Translations under genes and position numbers: made by a program | Notes under the pieces: generated by a model | What the model saw: the letters and a program-made list of their open reading frames with translations, nothing else | Database searches by the model: none | Told to the model about the DNA's origin: nothing | Origin: Alphaproteobacteria bacterium | GTDB taxonomy: Bacteria; Pseudomonadota; Alphaproteobacteria; MPNO01 | Assembly (NCBI GenBank): GCA_965248835.1 | Contig: CBDFLJ010000001.1 | Coordinates: 1,568,001 to 1,632,000 of the forward strand | Direction of reading: 5' to 3' | DNA: 64,000 nt | In this document: positions 9,722 to 19,586 of the stretch, one piece after another | Layout: each line of letters opens with the position of its first letter | How positions within the stretch are numbered: position 1 is the stretch's first letter

Positions 9722-10102
9722 ATGCTGGAACTCGATCAGGACAGTGCGCTCGATTTGTGGCGCGACACGCTGGTTGCCGGTGTCCGCGACGCCGGGCCCG
9801 ACCTGTCGGCCCGCCAGATGGCGATCCTGCTTACGGTCTACACCACGCCGCCGCCCCACACCGTGCGCGGGCTGGCCGCCGGGCTGGCGATCTCCAAACC
9901 GGCGGTCACCCGCGCCCTCGACCGGCTGGGGGCGCTGGGCTATGTCCGCCGCGCGCGCGAAGAGGCCGACAGGCGCAGCGTCCTCGTCCAGCGGACCGTG
10001 CTAGGCGCGCTGTTCCTGAGCGCGTTCGCCGATCTGATCGCCGCCGCGGCGCGGGCGATCGGCCGCCGATCTGATCCCGAGCCGCCGACCCCCGGCAAAT
10101 AG
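9722..10102 (+). CDS. MarR family transcriptional regulator
   Basis: LSARQMAILLTVY..PPPHTVRGLA..L.ISKPAVTRALDRL, DRRSVLV winged helix. Confidence 0.88.
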   Translation: MLELDQDSALDLWRDTLVAGVRDAGPDLSARQMAILLTVYTTPPPHTVRGLAAGLAISKPAVTRALDRLGALGYVRRAREEADRRSVLVQRTVLGALFLSAFADLIAAAARAIGRRSDPEPPTPGK

Positions 10103-10123
10103 GCCGCCGGTTGCCGGGAACGG

Positions 10124-11353
10124 CTACGCGGCCGCGGCCGGCCTCCAGCGCGGCAGGAACAGCACCGCGACGAAGATCAGGAACGCCGCCCCGGCGAGGA
10201 TCTCGAACAGCGCGCCGAACCCCCTGCTTCCGTGTACCCAGGCGATCAAGGGCACCGCCGTTGCCATGACGGAAAACGTCACGACGTAGCGCAGGGCATA
10301 GGCGCGGCTGCGCCATTCGCTGCGCGCGATCCGTCCGACCAGGACGTCGTTGATCGGGATCTGGCCGAACACCGCCAGCATGAAGGCGATTGCCACCAGA
10401 AGGGACGCCCAGCCTTCGAGATGGGTCATGATGAAGAAGAACGACGCCTGGCAGATCGCGACCACCGCGAAGACACCGCGCAGCGAGACGGTATCGACCA
10501 GATAGCCGACTACGAGCTGCGCCAGGGCGGCGATCGAGAAGACCAGGAATGCGTACCACCCGATCAGCGTCGCCGTTCCCGCGAGATCGGCCAGCCGTTC
10601 GTCGAAGACCTTGGGAATGGCGAAGGTGGTGCTCTGGAAGATCAGGCCGCCGATGGCGGTGGTGAACAGGATCACGGCGAGCACCCTGACGACAACGTCC
10701 CGCGGGACTGCTGCGGCGCCGGTGTCCTTGCGCGCCGCCGCATCCGCGCTGGCCGGCGTTTCCGAAGCCGCCCGGCGCCGGACGAAGATCAAATAGAGGA
10801 CGCCGATCAGGATCGAGACCACCCCCGGGATGATGAAGGCGCTTCGCCAGCCGATGCCGTCGATCAGAAAGCCGGTCAGGAGCGCCGCCACGGCGACACC
10901 CATGTTCCCGAATACGCCGTTGACCGCCAGGACGACCCCCGTCTTCGTGCGGCCCTCGACGACCATCGCAAGGCCGACGGGATGGTAGATGGCGGCGAAC
11001 AGACCGATGGCCGCCAGGCTGAGAGCGATCTGCAGCGGGCTTTGGGCCAGGCTCGCAATCAGCGCGCTGAGCCCGATCCCGACGAAGAACGCCACCATCA
11101 TCCCTTCCCGGCTCCATTTGTCGGCCAGCCATCCGGCGGGGATGGCGCAGATCCCGAACGCGATGAAGCCGGGCGTGGCATAGGGGATCAGGCTGGCGTA
11201 GCTCATGCCCCATTCGGTCGCCAGACGAAGCGCGGCGACCGTTGCGAAGATCAGCATGAACAGGTGGTCCAGGAAATGGCCGACATTGAGGAAGATCAGG
11301 TTGACCTGGCGGTATCGCACTGACGAGGCTCCCGGGTTGCGCATGCCAACCAT
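10124..11353 (-). CDS. MFS transporter
   Basis: About 12 hydrophobic segments, GWLADKWSR motif A, AAIYHPVG. Confidence 0.88.
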   Translation of the reverse strand: MVGMRNPGASSVRYRQVNLIFLNVGHFLDHLFMLIFATVAALRLATEWGMSYASLIPYATPGFIAFGICAIPAGWLADKWSREGMMVAFFVGIGLSALIASLAQSPLQIALSLAAIGLFAAIYHPVGLAMVVEGRTKTGVVLAVNGVFGNMGVAVAALLTGFLIDGIGWRSAFIIPGVVSILIGVLYLIFVRRRAASETPASADAAARKDTGAAAVPRDVVVRVLAVILFTTAIGGLIFQSTTFAIPKVFDERLADLAGTATLIGWYAFLVFSIAALAQLVVGYLVDTVSLRGVFAVVAICQASFFFIMTHLEGWASLLVAIAFMLAVFGQIPINDVLVGRIARSEWRSRAYALRYVVTFSVMATAVPLIAWVHGSRGFGALFEILAGAAFLIFVAVLFLPRWRPAAAA

Positions 11354-11435
11354 TTTGCCTATGACCCCGGTTGCGCCCGGCCCGTGCGCTTCGCGTCGGC
11401 CGAGATCGCCCCGCGGCCGCCGGACGAATCAAGGG

Positions 11436-11464
11436 TTGACAACCGATATGCCCGGAACCAGCAT
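11436..11464 (+). promoter_or_regulatory. Putative sigma70 promoter of the ABC operon
   Basis: Perfect TTGACA (11436-11441), 17-nt spacer, CAGCAT -10-like; AT-rich leader and strong GGAGGAGG RBS follow. Confidence 0.45.
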
Positions 11465-11532
11465 ACCGGCTTAGTTTAGACCGATGAACCGAAAAAGCGG
11501 AATAATATAAGCAGCGGAGGAGGAGAGTTAAA

Positions 11533-12519
11533 ATGAAAAAAGCAGTATATCTGGCTTGTCTTGGTCTGGCTTTTTCTGGCCTTGTCTCCGGCGCGGTGTC
11601 GGCTCAGTCTCTCAAAGAAGTCAAGATCACGGTGCCGCGGAACAGCGCGCTGCTCTTGAGCGCCTATGGCGGCAAGGAAGCCGGGATCTTCAGCAGGCAC
11701 GGCATCGACCTGATCATCGACCCGAGGCCGTTCAGGGGCCACATGGCGGGCCTTGCCGCCAAGGAGGTTCCGGTCGCGAACTACGCGGGCACCGCAGCGA
11801 TTGCGCGGATCAACAAGGGGCTCGACTGGGTCATCATCGGCGGCGGGCTGACCGTGATGCAGGAGGTCTTTGTCCGCAACGAGGCCCCCTTCCAGAAGAT
11901 CGCCGACCTGCGCGGCAAGAAGTTCTCGAGCTGGTCGACCGGTGCCGGCGCGTTCAAGGCGACGCGGGCGGCCATCATCGACGGCTACGGAATCGACGTG
12001 CTGAAGGACACCGATTTCGTGCAGGCGGCGGCACCGGCCCTGATCAAGTTCCTCGAGAAGGGGACCGTGGACTCGATGTTCAACATCAGCTCCCTGACGA
12101 TCGCAGCGGCCGCCCAGCCCGACAAGTTCCGCTCGATCTTCGCGCCCAACGACTACTGGAAGAAGAAGACCGGACATCCGATCGTCTGGTCCGCACCGAT
12201 CGTCGCTTGGCGGAGCTGGGTCGATGAGGACCGGGACCGGGCCAAGAGCTACGTCAAGGCCGTCCACGAATCCCTTGAGTGGCTCAGAGACAGCGAGAAC
12301 CTCGACACAGTTGTCGCGAAGTACGGCAAGCTGGCTGCGGTCAAGAACAAGGCGCAGGCCGACGTCTACCGCAAATGGATGAGCGAGAAACGCGTCTTCC
12401 TGACCCGTTGGGACCGCGAGGTGGTCGATGCCCAATGGGAGTTCCTGGAGATGGCCAAGCGGCATGGCGTCCTGGAGAAGGTCCCCGACAAGGCCAAGCA
12501 CGGGCTGATCCTCAACTAG
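11533..12519 (+). CDS. NitT/TauT (NMT1/SsuA-like) ABC transporter substrate-binding protein
   Basis: Signal peptide, GIF..HGID, IADLRGKK; heads a permease/ATPase/permease operon. Confidence 0.85.
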   Translation: MKKAVYLACLGLAFSGLVSGAVSAQSLKEVKITVPRNSALLLSAYGGKEAGIFSRHGIDLIIDPRPFRGHMAGLAAKEVPVANYAGTAAIARINKGLDWVIIGGGLTVMQEVFVRNEAPFQKIADLRGKKFSSWSTGAGAFKATRAAIIDGYGIDVLKDTDFVQAAAPALIKFLEKGTVDSMFNISSLTIAAAAQPDKFRSIFAPNDYWKKKTGHPIVWSAPIVAWRSWVDEDRDRAKSYVKAVHESLEWLRDSENLDTVVAKYGKLAAVKNKAQADVYRKWMSEKRVFLTRWDREVVDAQWEFLEMAKRHGVLEKVPDKAKHGLILN

Positions 12520-12534
12520 ACGCGCAAGACCAAC

Positions 12535-13305
12535 GTGAACGGGACACTGTTCAAGCCGGGTTTCTGGCCGGGGATATTGACTGTCATCGCGGCCTTGCTG
12601 CTGTGGCAGGTAATATCCCTGTTTTTTTTGCCGGTTTTCCTGCCGGGGCCGATCATCCTGCTGGAGCGGGTCTTTCTGGTCTACGGCGATGCCTCCACCT
12701 ACCTCGTGTTGGGTCAGACCGTCCTGCGCATAGTGGAAGGTCTGATCCTGTCCATGGTCATCGGCACGGCGCTTGGCCTGCTGATGGGTATGAGGCCGAA
12801 CTTCGAAGCATTTCTGGATAGCTGGATCATGGTGCTGCTGACGTTCCCGGCGATCTGCTGGGCGTTCCTCGCCGTGTTGTGGTTCGGGCTGTCCGAGATC
12901 GCGCCGATCCTCACCATCGTTCTGATCGTCTTCCCGTTCGTGTCGATGAACGTTTGGGAAGGCACCAAGGCGGTGGAGAAGAACCTGATCGACATGGGCA
13001 GGGTCTACAAGGCCAACCGGAGGCTGATGATCTGGAAGGTGATCATTCCCCAGCTCATGCCGTATCTGTTCTCCGCTCTCAGAATCGCTCTGTCGCTGTC
13101 ATGGAAGATCGCCCTGGTCGGCGAGGCTTTCGGCGTGGCCAGCGGGGTCGGCCAGCAGCTCACCTTTTGGTTCGAAGATACGCGGGTCGATATGATGCTC
13201 GCCTGGGGCATCAGCTTCATGGTCTTGATGGTGGCGATCGATCTCCTGGTGTTCCGCCTCTGGGAGAACCGCACCTTCGCCTGGCGACACAGTTTTGCGA
13301 CGTAA
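12535..13305 (+). CDS. NitT/TauT ABC transporter permease
   Basis: LPGP, G..LGLLMG, WFG, EAA-like loop, IPQLMPYLFSALR, W...LVGE. Confidence 0.9.
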   Translation: MNGTLFKPGFWPGILTVIAALLLWQVISLFFLPVFLPGPIILLERVFLVYGDASTYLVLGQTVLRIVEGLILSMVIGTALGLLMGMRPNFEAFLDSWIMVLLTFPAICWAFLAVLWFGLSEIAPILTIVLIVFPFVSMNVWEGTKAVEKNLIDMGRVYKANRRLMIWKVIIPQLMPYLFSALRIALSLSWKIALVGEAFGVASGVGQQLTFWFEDTRVDMMLAWGISFMVLMVAIDLLVFRLWENRTFAWRHSFAT

Positions 13306-13315
13306 GCGGGGTGGG

Positions 13316-14110
13316 ATGTCGACGAGAATCGTTTCGGTAGACAAGCTGACAAAGAGGTTCACCGTTCCGGGCGGGGGCGAGGAGAAGTTCGTCGTCCTGG
13401 ACTCCGTCAGCCTGGAGGTCGATGAGGGCGCGTTCGCCAGCATCGTCGGCCCTTCGGGCTGCGGCAAGTCGACCCTGTTGAACATCATCGCCGGGATCGA
13501 GACCCATGACGCCGACGACGGCGGATCGATCACCGTGCATCCCAAGGCCGGGATGGGCACCGCCGAGCCGCGCATCGGTTATGTCTTCCAGAGCGCCAGG
13601 CTGCTCAACTGGCTGACCGTGGAGGGCAATATCCAGTTCGCGCTGGAGGCTCAGGAGATCCCGCGCGGGCGTTGGCAGGAGCTGGTGACGACCTATCTCG
13701 ATATGGTCGGGCTGGCGGGCCAGCAGAAAAACTACCCGCTCAACCTTTCGGGCGGCATGCAGCAGCGCGTCGCCATCGCGCGCGCCCTTGCGATCGAGCC
13801 CGACATCCTTCTGATGGATGAGCCGTTCAGCCATCTCGACGAGATCACCGCGCGCAAGATGCGCTTCGATCTGATGAGCATCCTCGAACGGGCGAAGACG
13901 ACGATCCTGTTCGTCACCCACGACCTGGGCGAGGCCGTCTTTCTGTCCGATCACATTTATATGATGAGCACCAAGCCGGCCCGGATTTTCAGGCATATCG
14001 AAGTCGACATCCCGCGCCCGCGCAAGCCCGAGGATCCGCAGCTCTTCGACATGGAAAAGGACCTGGTCCGAGAGTTCTTCAGCGTCTTGGACGCCGAGGC
14101 GATATCATGA
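13316..14110 (+). CDS. NitT/TauT ABC transporter ATP-binding protein
   Basis: Walker [30 protein letters not shown]. Confidence 0.95.
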   Translation: MSTRIVSVDKLTKRFTVPGGGEEKFVVLDSVSLEVDEGAFASIVGPSGCGKSTLLNIIAGIETHDADDGGSITVHPKAGMGTAEPRIGYVFQSARLLNWLTVEGNIQFALEAQEIPRGRWQELVTTYLDMVGLAGQQKNYPLNLSGGMQQRVAIARALAIEPDILLMDEPFSHLDEITARKMRFDLMSILERAKTTILFVTHDLGEAVFLSDHIYMMSTKPARIFRHIEVDIPRPRKPEDPQLFDMEKDLVREFFSVLDAEAIS

Positions 14111-14889
14111 GCGCCCGCGCCAGGGCTTTCGGGCTCCGAGCCGGTTCCATCCTCGTGCTTGTCGTCTTCTGGTGGGCGACCTCGATCGTCATGGACGACG
14201 TCGAAGTTCTGCCCGGGCCGTTGCTGATCTTCGAGACCATTTTAACCAATCTCGTCACCGACGGACCTGAGGGCCATTCGGCCTATTTCCACATCGCCAT
14301 CACGATGGCGCGGATCTTCATCACTTTCCTCGCCGCCATGGTGGTCGGCATCGGCATCGGGTTGGCGATGGGGCTTCGCAAGATTTTCGAGAGCTCGCTG
14401 ATGGCCCTGATCCCGCTCGCCCTGACCATGCCGACGATCCTGATGGTCTTCCTCGCCGTGCTGTGGTTCGGCTTCAACGAGGTCGGCAGTCTGGTCGCGG
14501 TCATGGGCGTGGTCATGCCGTTCGTTGCGGTGAACATCTTCCAAGGCGCCAAGGCGATGGACAAATCCCTGCTCGACATGGCGAAGTCGTTCAGGGCCCA
14601 GAGGCGGATGCTGATTCGCAAGGTCTACCTGCCGCAGCTTATGCCTTACATCTTTTCCGCCTTCCGCTTCGCCTTCGGCATGACGTGGAAGATCGTCGCT
14701 TTGGCCGAGACGTTCGGCATCAAGTTCGGCATCGGCTACATGTTCTTCTTCTGGTTCGAGCAGTTCTCCATGGAGCAGGTGCTGGCCTGGGTCGTGCTGT
14801 TCGTCATCCTGATGCTTGCCCTCGAACACGGGCTGTTCGCGCGGATCGAGAGCAAGGCATTCGCCTGGCGGCCGTCCCACTCCCATTAG
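14107..14889 (+). CDS. NitT/TauT ABC transporter permease (second)
   Basis: Paralogous to 12535-13305; ATGA overlap with the ATPase stop. Confidence 0.9.
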   Translation: MSARARAFGLRAGSILVLVVFWWATSIVMDDVEVLPGPLLIFETILTNLVTDGPEGHSAYFHIAITMARIFITFLAAMVVGIGIGLAMGLRKIFESSLMALIPLALTMPTILMVFLAVLWFGFNEVGSLVAVMGVVMPFVAVNIFQGAKAMDKSLLDMAKSFRAQRRMLIRKVYLPQLMPYIFSAFRFAFGMTWKIVALAETFGIKFGIGYMFFFWFEQFSMEQVLAWVVLFVILMLALEHGLFARIESKAFAWRPSHSH

Positions 14890-14992
14890 GGGACAGGCTC
14901 ACCGCCCGAGACCGGCCGGCCGGCCGGCAAATCGACTTCCACGGCGTGGCTGAGCGGATCCGCTGGGTCCGCCCGCGGCCTGCGGAACAGCT

Positions 14993-16282
14993 GGACGCCT
15001 CCATTTACCTCGCGAATTTTGCCTGGTTGTGATTCTCTACGACGGTTCGGTTCGAGGAGGTATTGATGAGGCAGGCTGGTCTGTTCGGCTTACCGGATCA
15101 TCTTCGGAAGCTATCGGCGACGGGCGATCCGTTGGAGGTGCTGGCGAAGGTCGTCGACTTCGAGATTTTCCGCGCGCCGCTTGAGGCGGCGCTGGGCTAT
15201 TCGGATGGATCGAAAGGCGGCCGCCCGGCCTACGATGCGGTGGCGATGTTCAAGGTACTGATCCTGGCCGCGCGGCACACGGTGAGCGACGAGCGGATGG
15301 AGTTTCTGATCCGCGACCGCTTGAGCTGGCTTCGCTTCCTGGGCTTCGATCTCGGAGCGCCGACGCCGGACCGCAACACCATATGGATCTTTCGCGAGCG
15401 TCTGGTCCGGGCCGGGGCGATGGATAAGCTGTTTGCCGCCTTCGATGGCGAACTGCGCCGGTGCGGCTATCTGGCGATGGGCGGGCAGATCGTCGATGCG
15501 ACGTTGGTATCGGCGCCCAAGCAGCGCAACAGCGACGACGAGAAGGCGGCGATCAAGGCAGGCAAGAGGGCATCCGAGATCTGGCCCGATCAGCCGGCCA
15601 AGGCGGCGCAGAAGGACACGGATGCGCGGTGGACGGTGAAGACCGGGCGGCGCAAGAACCCCGCCGGGGCGCAACGGCGCATGCCCGACATCGCGATCCC
15701 GGTGTTCGGCTACAAGAATCACATCGTCATCGATCGGGCCTACGGCTTCATCCGCAGCTCGGCAGTGACCGATGCCGCCCGCCATGACGGCAAGATGTTG
15801 CGTCATCTCGTCACCGGCGACAATCTGGCCGCCGGCGTGTGGGCCGACAGCGCCTATCGCTCGAAGGCCAACGAGGCGTGGCTGGCCGGCAAGGGTCGGG
15901 TCTCCCACATCCACCGCAAGAAGCCGCCGGGCCGGGCCATGCCCAAGGCGACCGCCCGGGCCAATGCCCGCAAGTCAGCGGTCCGTGCGCATGTCGAGCA
16001 CGTCTTCGCCCAGCAGAAGGATCGCATGGGCCTGTTCGTCCGTACCATCGGGCTCGAGCGGGCGGCGGCCAAGATCGGCCTCGCCAACCTGGCTTATAAT
16101 TTCCAGCGTCTGATCTTCCATGAGCGCAGCGCCGCCATGGCATGAGTCCGCCCGAATAGCGCCAAAACCCTCCGCCGAGAACGAAACGGCGGATGATTGC
16201 GGACGTCAACACCGCCGATCTCAGCGAAAGTCGGACAGCACACCGAAATCTTCGTCAAATCCCTCGGTTGTTAGAGGTCTCC
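14993..16282 (+). mobile_element. IS5-family insertion sequence, apparently complete, with 4-bp target duplication AGCT
   Basis: Imperfect IRs GGACGCCTCCATTTACC (14993-) and GGTTGTTAGAGGTCTCC (-16282), 11/17 match; AGCT at 14989-14992 and 16283-16286. Confidence 0.85.
15063..16145 (+). CDS. IS5 family DDE transposase
   Basis: GGRPAYD, LSWLRFLG, PD.NTIW.FRE, IVDATLV, KDTDARW, FGYKNH, WADSAY, VRAHVEHVF. Confidence 0.95.
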   Translation: MMRQAGLFGLPDHLRKLSATGDPLEVLAKVVDFEIFRAPLEAALGYSDGSKGGRPAYDAVAMFKVLILAARHTVSDERMEFLIRDRLSWLRFLGFDLGAPTPDRNTIWIFRERLVRAGAMDKLFAAFDGELRRCGYLAMGGQIVDATLVSAPKQRNSDDEKAAIKAGKRASEIWPDQPAKAAQKDTDARWTVKTGRRKNPAGAQRRMPDIAIPVFGYKNHIVIDRAYGFIRSSAVTDAARHDGKMLRHLVTGDNLAAGVWADSAYRSKANEAWLAGKGRVSHIHRKKPPGRAMPKATARANARKSAVRAHVEHVFAQQKDRMGLFVRTIGLERAAAKIGLANLAYNFQRLIFHERSAAMA

Positions 16283-16314
16283 AGCTTTGTTGCCATTGTC
16301 GCTCACCCTCCGCC

Positions 16315-16343
16315 TTGTCGCGGGCCGACCCCGACCATAGACT
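16315..16343 (+). promoter_or_regulatory. Putative sigma70 promoter of the Rieske oxygenase
   Basis: TTGTCG-N17-TAGACT, 25 nt upstream of ATG 16369, just right of the IS5. Confidence 0.5.
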
Positions 16344-16368
16344 TTCTCTGGAGCTGGAGGGAGCCGCG

Positions 16369-17718
16369 ATGACCAGGGCGCGCGCGAGGACGGTCAGATT
16401 CGGCGGTTATCACCGCCGCCGCAGCACACGCGAAGACGCCGCGTTGACCCATGTCGGTCCGGGGACGCCGGGCGGGGAGTATTTGCGCCGGTTCTGGCAA
16501 CCGATTGCGCTTTCGTCCGAGCTCGGCGCGTTGCCGCTGGCGATCCGGATCCTGGGCGAGGATCTGGTGCTGTTCCGCGACGGCAGCCGGCGGATCGGGC
16601 TTTTGCACCTGCGCTGCAGCCACCGCAACACCTCGCTCGAATACGGCTTCATCCAGCAGCGCGGCATCCGCTGCTGCTATCACGGCTGGCACTATGACAT
16701 CGACGGCACGATCCTGGAGACCCCGGGCGAGCCGCCGCGCAGCCGGATCAAGGACAAGCTCGTGCACGGCGCCTATCCGACGCACGAATATTGCGGCCTG
16801 ATCTTCGCCTATATGGGACCGCCCGAAGAGCGGCCCGAATTCCCGATCTATGACAGCTTCGTCTACCCGGAGGGCAACCGCCTGCTGCCCTACAAGATCT
16901 ACAATCCGTGCAACTGGCTGCAGTCCCACGAGAACGGCGCGGATCCGATCCATACCTGCTTCCTGCACGCGCGCGGCAACGCGCTCCAGTTCTCCGAGCA
17001 GTACACGGCGCTGCCCGCGATCTCCTTCCACGAAACGCCGATCGGGCTGCTGTCGGTCGCGACAAGGCGCTGGGACGATTACCTGTGGATCCGCGCCTCC
17101 GACGTGATCCTGCCCAACGCCGCCCAGTTCGGCCTCGCCGAAGTCGCGACCGAGGAGAAGTTCGCGCTGTGCGCCTGGGTGTCGCGCTGGATCGTGCCGA
17201 TCGATGACACCAGCGCGTATGCTATCGGGCTGCGCCATTTCAACCCGGTGATCGATCCGCGCAATGTCGGGGACGCGGACGGCATCGGCCTCGGCAAGGT
17301 CGACTTCCCCGGCCAAGTGCCTGCCCCGGACCACGCCGAGGGCCAGCGCAACCCGGGCGACTTCGAGGCGCAGGTCGCGCAAGGGCCGATCACCATCCAC
17401 GCCAACGAGACCCGCGGGGTGACCGACGAGGGGGTGATCCTGTGCCGCCGCCAGATCCGCGCCGGCATCCGCGCGGTCGCCAAGGGCCGGGCGCTGTCCT
17501 GGCCGATGCCGACCGACGGTGCGCCGGTGCCGACCTACAACCTGGAGCTGGTGGAGCGCGTGCCGGCCCGGCCCGGGGTCGACGACGCCGAAACCGTGGA
17601 CCGGTTCGGCAGGCGGGTGGCGGAGATCGTCATCGAGTCCGGCCGCCTGCCGCCCGGCGCGCGCCATGAGGCCGCGAAGGCGCGGGTCGCGAAGCTGATC
17701 GCCGAAGAGTTCTCGTAA
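16369..17718 (+). CDS. Rieske non-heme iron oxygenase alpha subunit (phthalate 4,5-dioxygenase/LigX-like group)
   Basis: LTHVGPGTPGGEYLRRFWQP, Rieske C-S-H...C-C-Y-H, ENGADPIHTCFLH mononuclear Fe site; GGAGG RBS. Confidence 0.9.
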   Translation: MTRARARTVRFGGYHRRRSTREDAALTHVGPGTPGGEYLRRFWQPIALSSELGALPLAIRILGEDLVLFRDGSRRIGLLHLRCSHRNTSLEYGFIQQRGIRCCYHGWHYDIDGTILETPGEPPRSRIKDKLVHGAYPTHEYCGLIFAYMGPPEERPEFPIYDSFVYPEGNRLLPYKIYNPCNWLQSHENGADPIHTCFLHARGNALQFSEQYTALPAISFHETPIGLLSVATRRWDDYLWIRASDVILPNAAQFGLAEVATEEKFALCAWVSRWIVPIDDTSAYAIGLRHFNPVIDPRNVGDADGIGLGKVDFPGQVPAPDHAEGQRNPGDFEAQVAQGPITIHANETRGVTDEGVILCRRQIRAGIRAVAKGRALSWPMPTDGAPVPTYNLELVERVPARPGVDDAETVDRFGRRVAEIVIESGRLPPGARHEAAKARVAKLIAEEFS

Positions 17719-17781
17719 GCGCGGTGGCTTGCGTCTTCGCCGCGCTCTGGCCGGCCCGATCCGATCGGAACGGGCCGGGCT

Positions 17782-19086
17782 TCAGGGTGCGAACAGGATC
17801 CCGGGCAGCCACAGCGCGAGTTGGGGGAACAGCAGAAGCGCGAAGATCAGGATTGCGTTGGCAACCAGGAATGGGGCGATCCCGCGGAAGACGACGCCGA
17901 GCGCGATGTCTGGGAGCTGGGCCCGGATGACGAAAATGTTGAGGCCGACCGGCGGGGTGATCAGCCCGACTTCGACGACGACGACCATCAGGATGCCGTA
18001 CCACACCGGATCGTAGCCCAGGGCTATCACGATCGGCAGGAAGACCGGCACGGTCACCAGGATGATCGCCACCGAGTCGAGCACGCAGCCGAGGATGATG
18101 TAGAAGATCAGGATGATCATGATCACCGCCCAGGGCGCGAGCTGGAACGTCTCGATGATCTCGACCAGGGCGACCGGCAGCCGGGTCTGGACGACGAAAT
18201 AGGCGAAGATCCAGGCGCCGACGATGATGAACATCAGCATCGCCGTCGTCCGCAGGGTCTCGCCGACCGCGGCGAAGAAGGACTGCACGCCGAGCTGGCC
18301 GGTGGCCGCGGCGATCACGATCGCGGCGAAAGAGGCGACGCCGGCGGCCTCGGTCGGGCTGAACCAGCCGGCATAGATGCCGCCGACCGCAAGCGCGAAC
18401 AACACCACCAGCTTCCACATCGCGGTGGCTGCGCGCAGCCGCTCCCGCATCTGCATGCGCGGCCCGGCCGGCGCCCATTCCGGGCGGACGATGGTGATGA
18501 CCCAGATGACCCCGACGAACAGGATCGCCAGGAGGACGCCCGGGATCATCCCGGCTGCGAACAGCTCCGGCACCGATTCCTCCGCCGCGAGCGCGTAGAT
18601 GACCATGATTATCGAGGGCGGAATCAGGATGCCGAGCGTGCCGCCGACCGCGACCGAGCCGGTCGCCAGGCGCTCGTCATAGCCGTGGCGGCGCATTTCC
18701 GGCACCGCGATCTGGGTAAAGGTCGCAGCCGTCGCGAGCGAGGACCCGCTGATCGCCGAGAACCCTGCGCAGGCGCCGATGGTCGCCATCGGCAGCGCAC
18801 CGCGTCGGCCGGCGAAGATCGCGTTGGCGGCGGTGAACAACTCCTGGGACATGCCGGAGCGGGTGGCGACGCTGCCCATCAGGATGAACAGCGGCAGCAC
18901 CGAGAACGCGTACTGGCTGAGTGAATAGGGCGTCTCGCCGAATACGATGAACGCCCGCTCCCAGCCGTCGATTGCCGCATAGCCGACAAGGCCGACCAGG
19001 CCCATTGCCGCGCCCAGCGGGATCCGCGCGAACGTTAGCAGGACCAGCGCGAGGATGCCGAGCGCGCCGATCGCCTGGGGCGTCAT
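17782..19086 (-). CDS. TRAP transporter large permease (DctM family)
   Basis: LPLFILMG, ISGSSLATAA, GGTLGILIPPS, FSPTEAA, GLITPPVGLN. Confidence 0.95.
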   Translation of the reverse strand: MTPQAIGALGILALVLLTFARIPLGAAMGLVGLVGYAAIDGWERAFIVFGETPYSLSQYAFSVLPLFILMGSVATRSGMSQELFTAANAIFAGRRGALPMATIGACAGFSAISGSSLATAATFTQIAVPEMRRHGYDERLATGSVAVGGTLGILIPPSIIMVIYALAAEESVPELFAAGMIPGVLLAILFVGVIWVITIVRPEWAPAGPRMQMRERLRAATAMWKLVVLFALAVGGIYAGWFSPTEAAGVASFAAIVIAAATGQLGVQSFFAAVGETLRTTAMLMFIIVGAWIFAYFVVQTRLPVALVEIIETFQLAPWAVIMIILIFYIILGCVLDSVAIILVTVPVFLPIVIALGYDPVWYGILMVVVVEVGLITPPVGLNIFVIRAQLPDIALGVVFRGIAPFLVANAILIFALLLFPQLALWLPGILFAP

Positions 19087-19568
19087 TCGGCCCGCTCCAT
19101 GGCACGCGCGACATCGCGGAAGAAGATGATGAGGACCGCCGCTACGGAGCACGCGAAGCCGGCGAGCACGAGGGAGCCCTTCCAGATCAGCGGCATCTGC
19201 AGATCGACCGTCACGTCGTTGAACTCGACGAACTCGAGCGCTGGTTCGACCATGTGGTAGGCGAGCAGGCCGACGAAAACCAGGGCGGTCAGCGTGCCGG
19301 TCGCCTTCAGCCATTCGACCGAGCGGGCCGGGACAAGCTGATCGATCAGCTCGATCGTGATGTGGCCGTCGCGCAGGAACACCTCGGGGATCGCCAGGAA
19401 CGCCACCGCGGCCAACAGCAGTTCGACGATCTCGTAGGTCCCGAAGATCGGCGCGTTGAGGCCCGCACGCAGCCCGACATCGACGACGTTAAGGGCCATC
19501 ATGGCAAGCAGGAACACGGCGGCGACGCGGCTCAACAGCCGCGCCGCCGCCAGAGCGATGGCGTGCAT
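19083..19568 (-). CDS. TRAP transporter small permease (DctQ family)
   Basis: Four TM segments, DV.LR, G.YEIVE, GHITIEL. Confidence 0.9.
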   Translation of the reverse strand: MHAIALAAARLLSRVAAVFLLAMMALNVVDVGLRAGLNAPIFGTYEIVELLLAAVAFLAIPEVFLRDGHITIELIDQLVPARSVEWLKATGTLTALVFVGLLAYHMVEPALEFVEFNDVTVDLQMPLIWKGSLVLAGFACSVAAVLIIFFRDVARAMERAE

Positions 19569-19586
19569 TGCCTGCCTGGGCCGGCG

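Noticed and set aside
14913-14928. CCGG tandem run (also near 7080-7093)
   Set aside because: Low-complexity GC repeat expected by chance at this composition
16120-16368. Long N-terminal extension of the Rieske ORF, apparent fusion with the IS
   Set aside because: Extension runs through the IS right end; the real start is ATG 16369 with its own RBS and promoter
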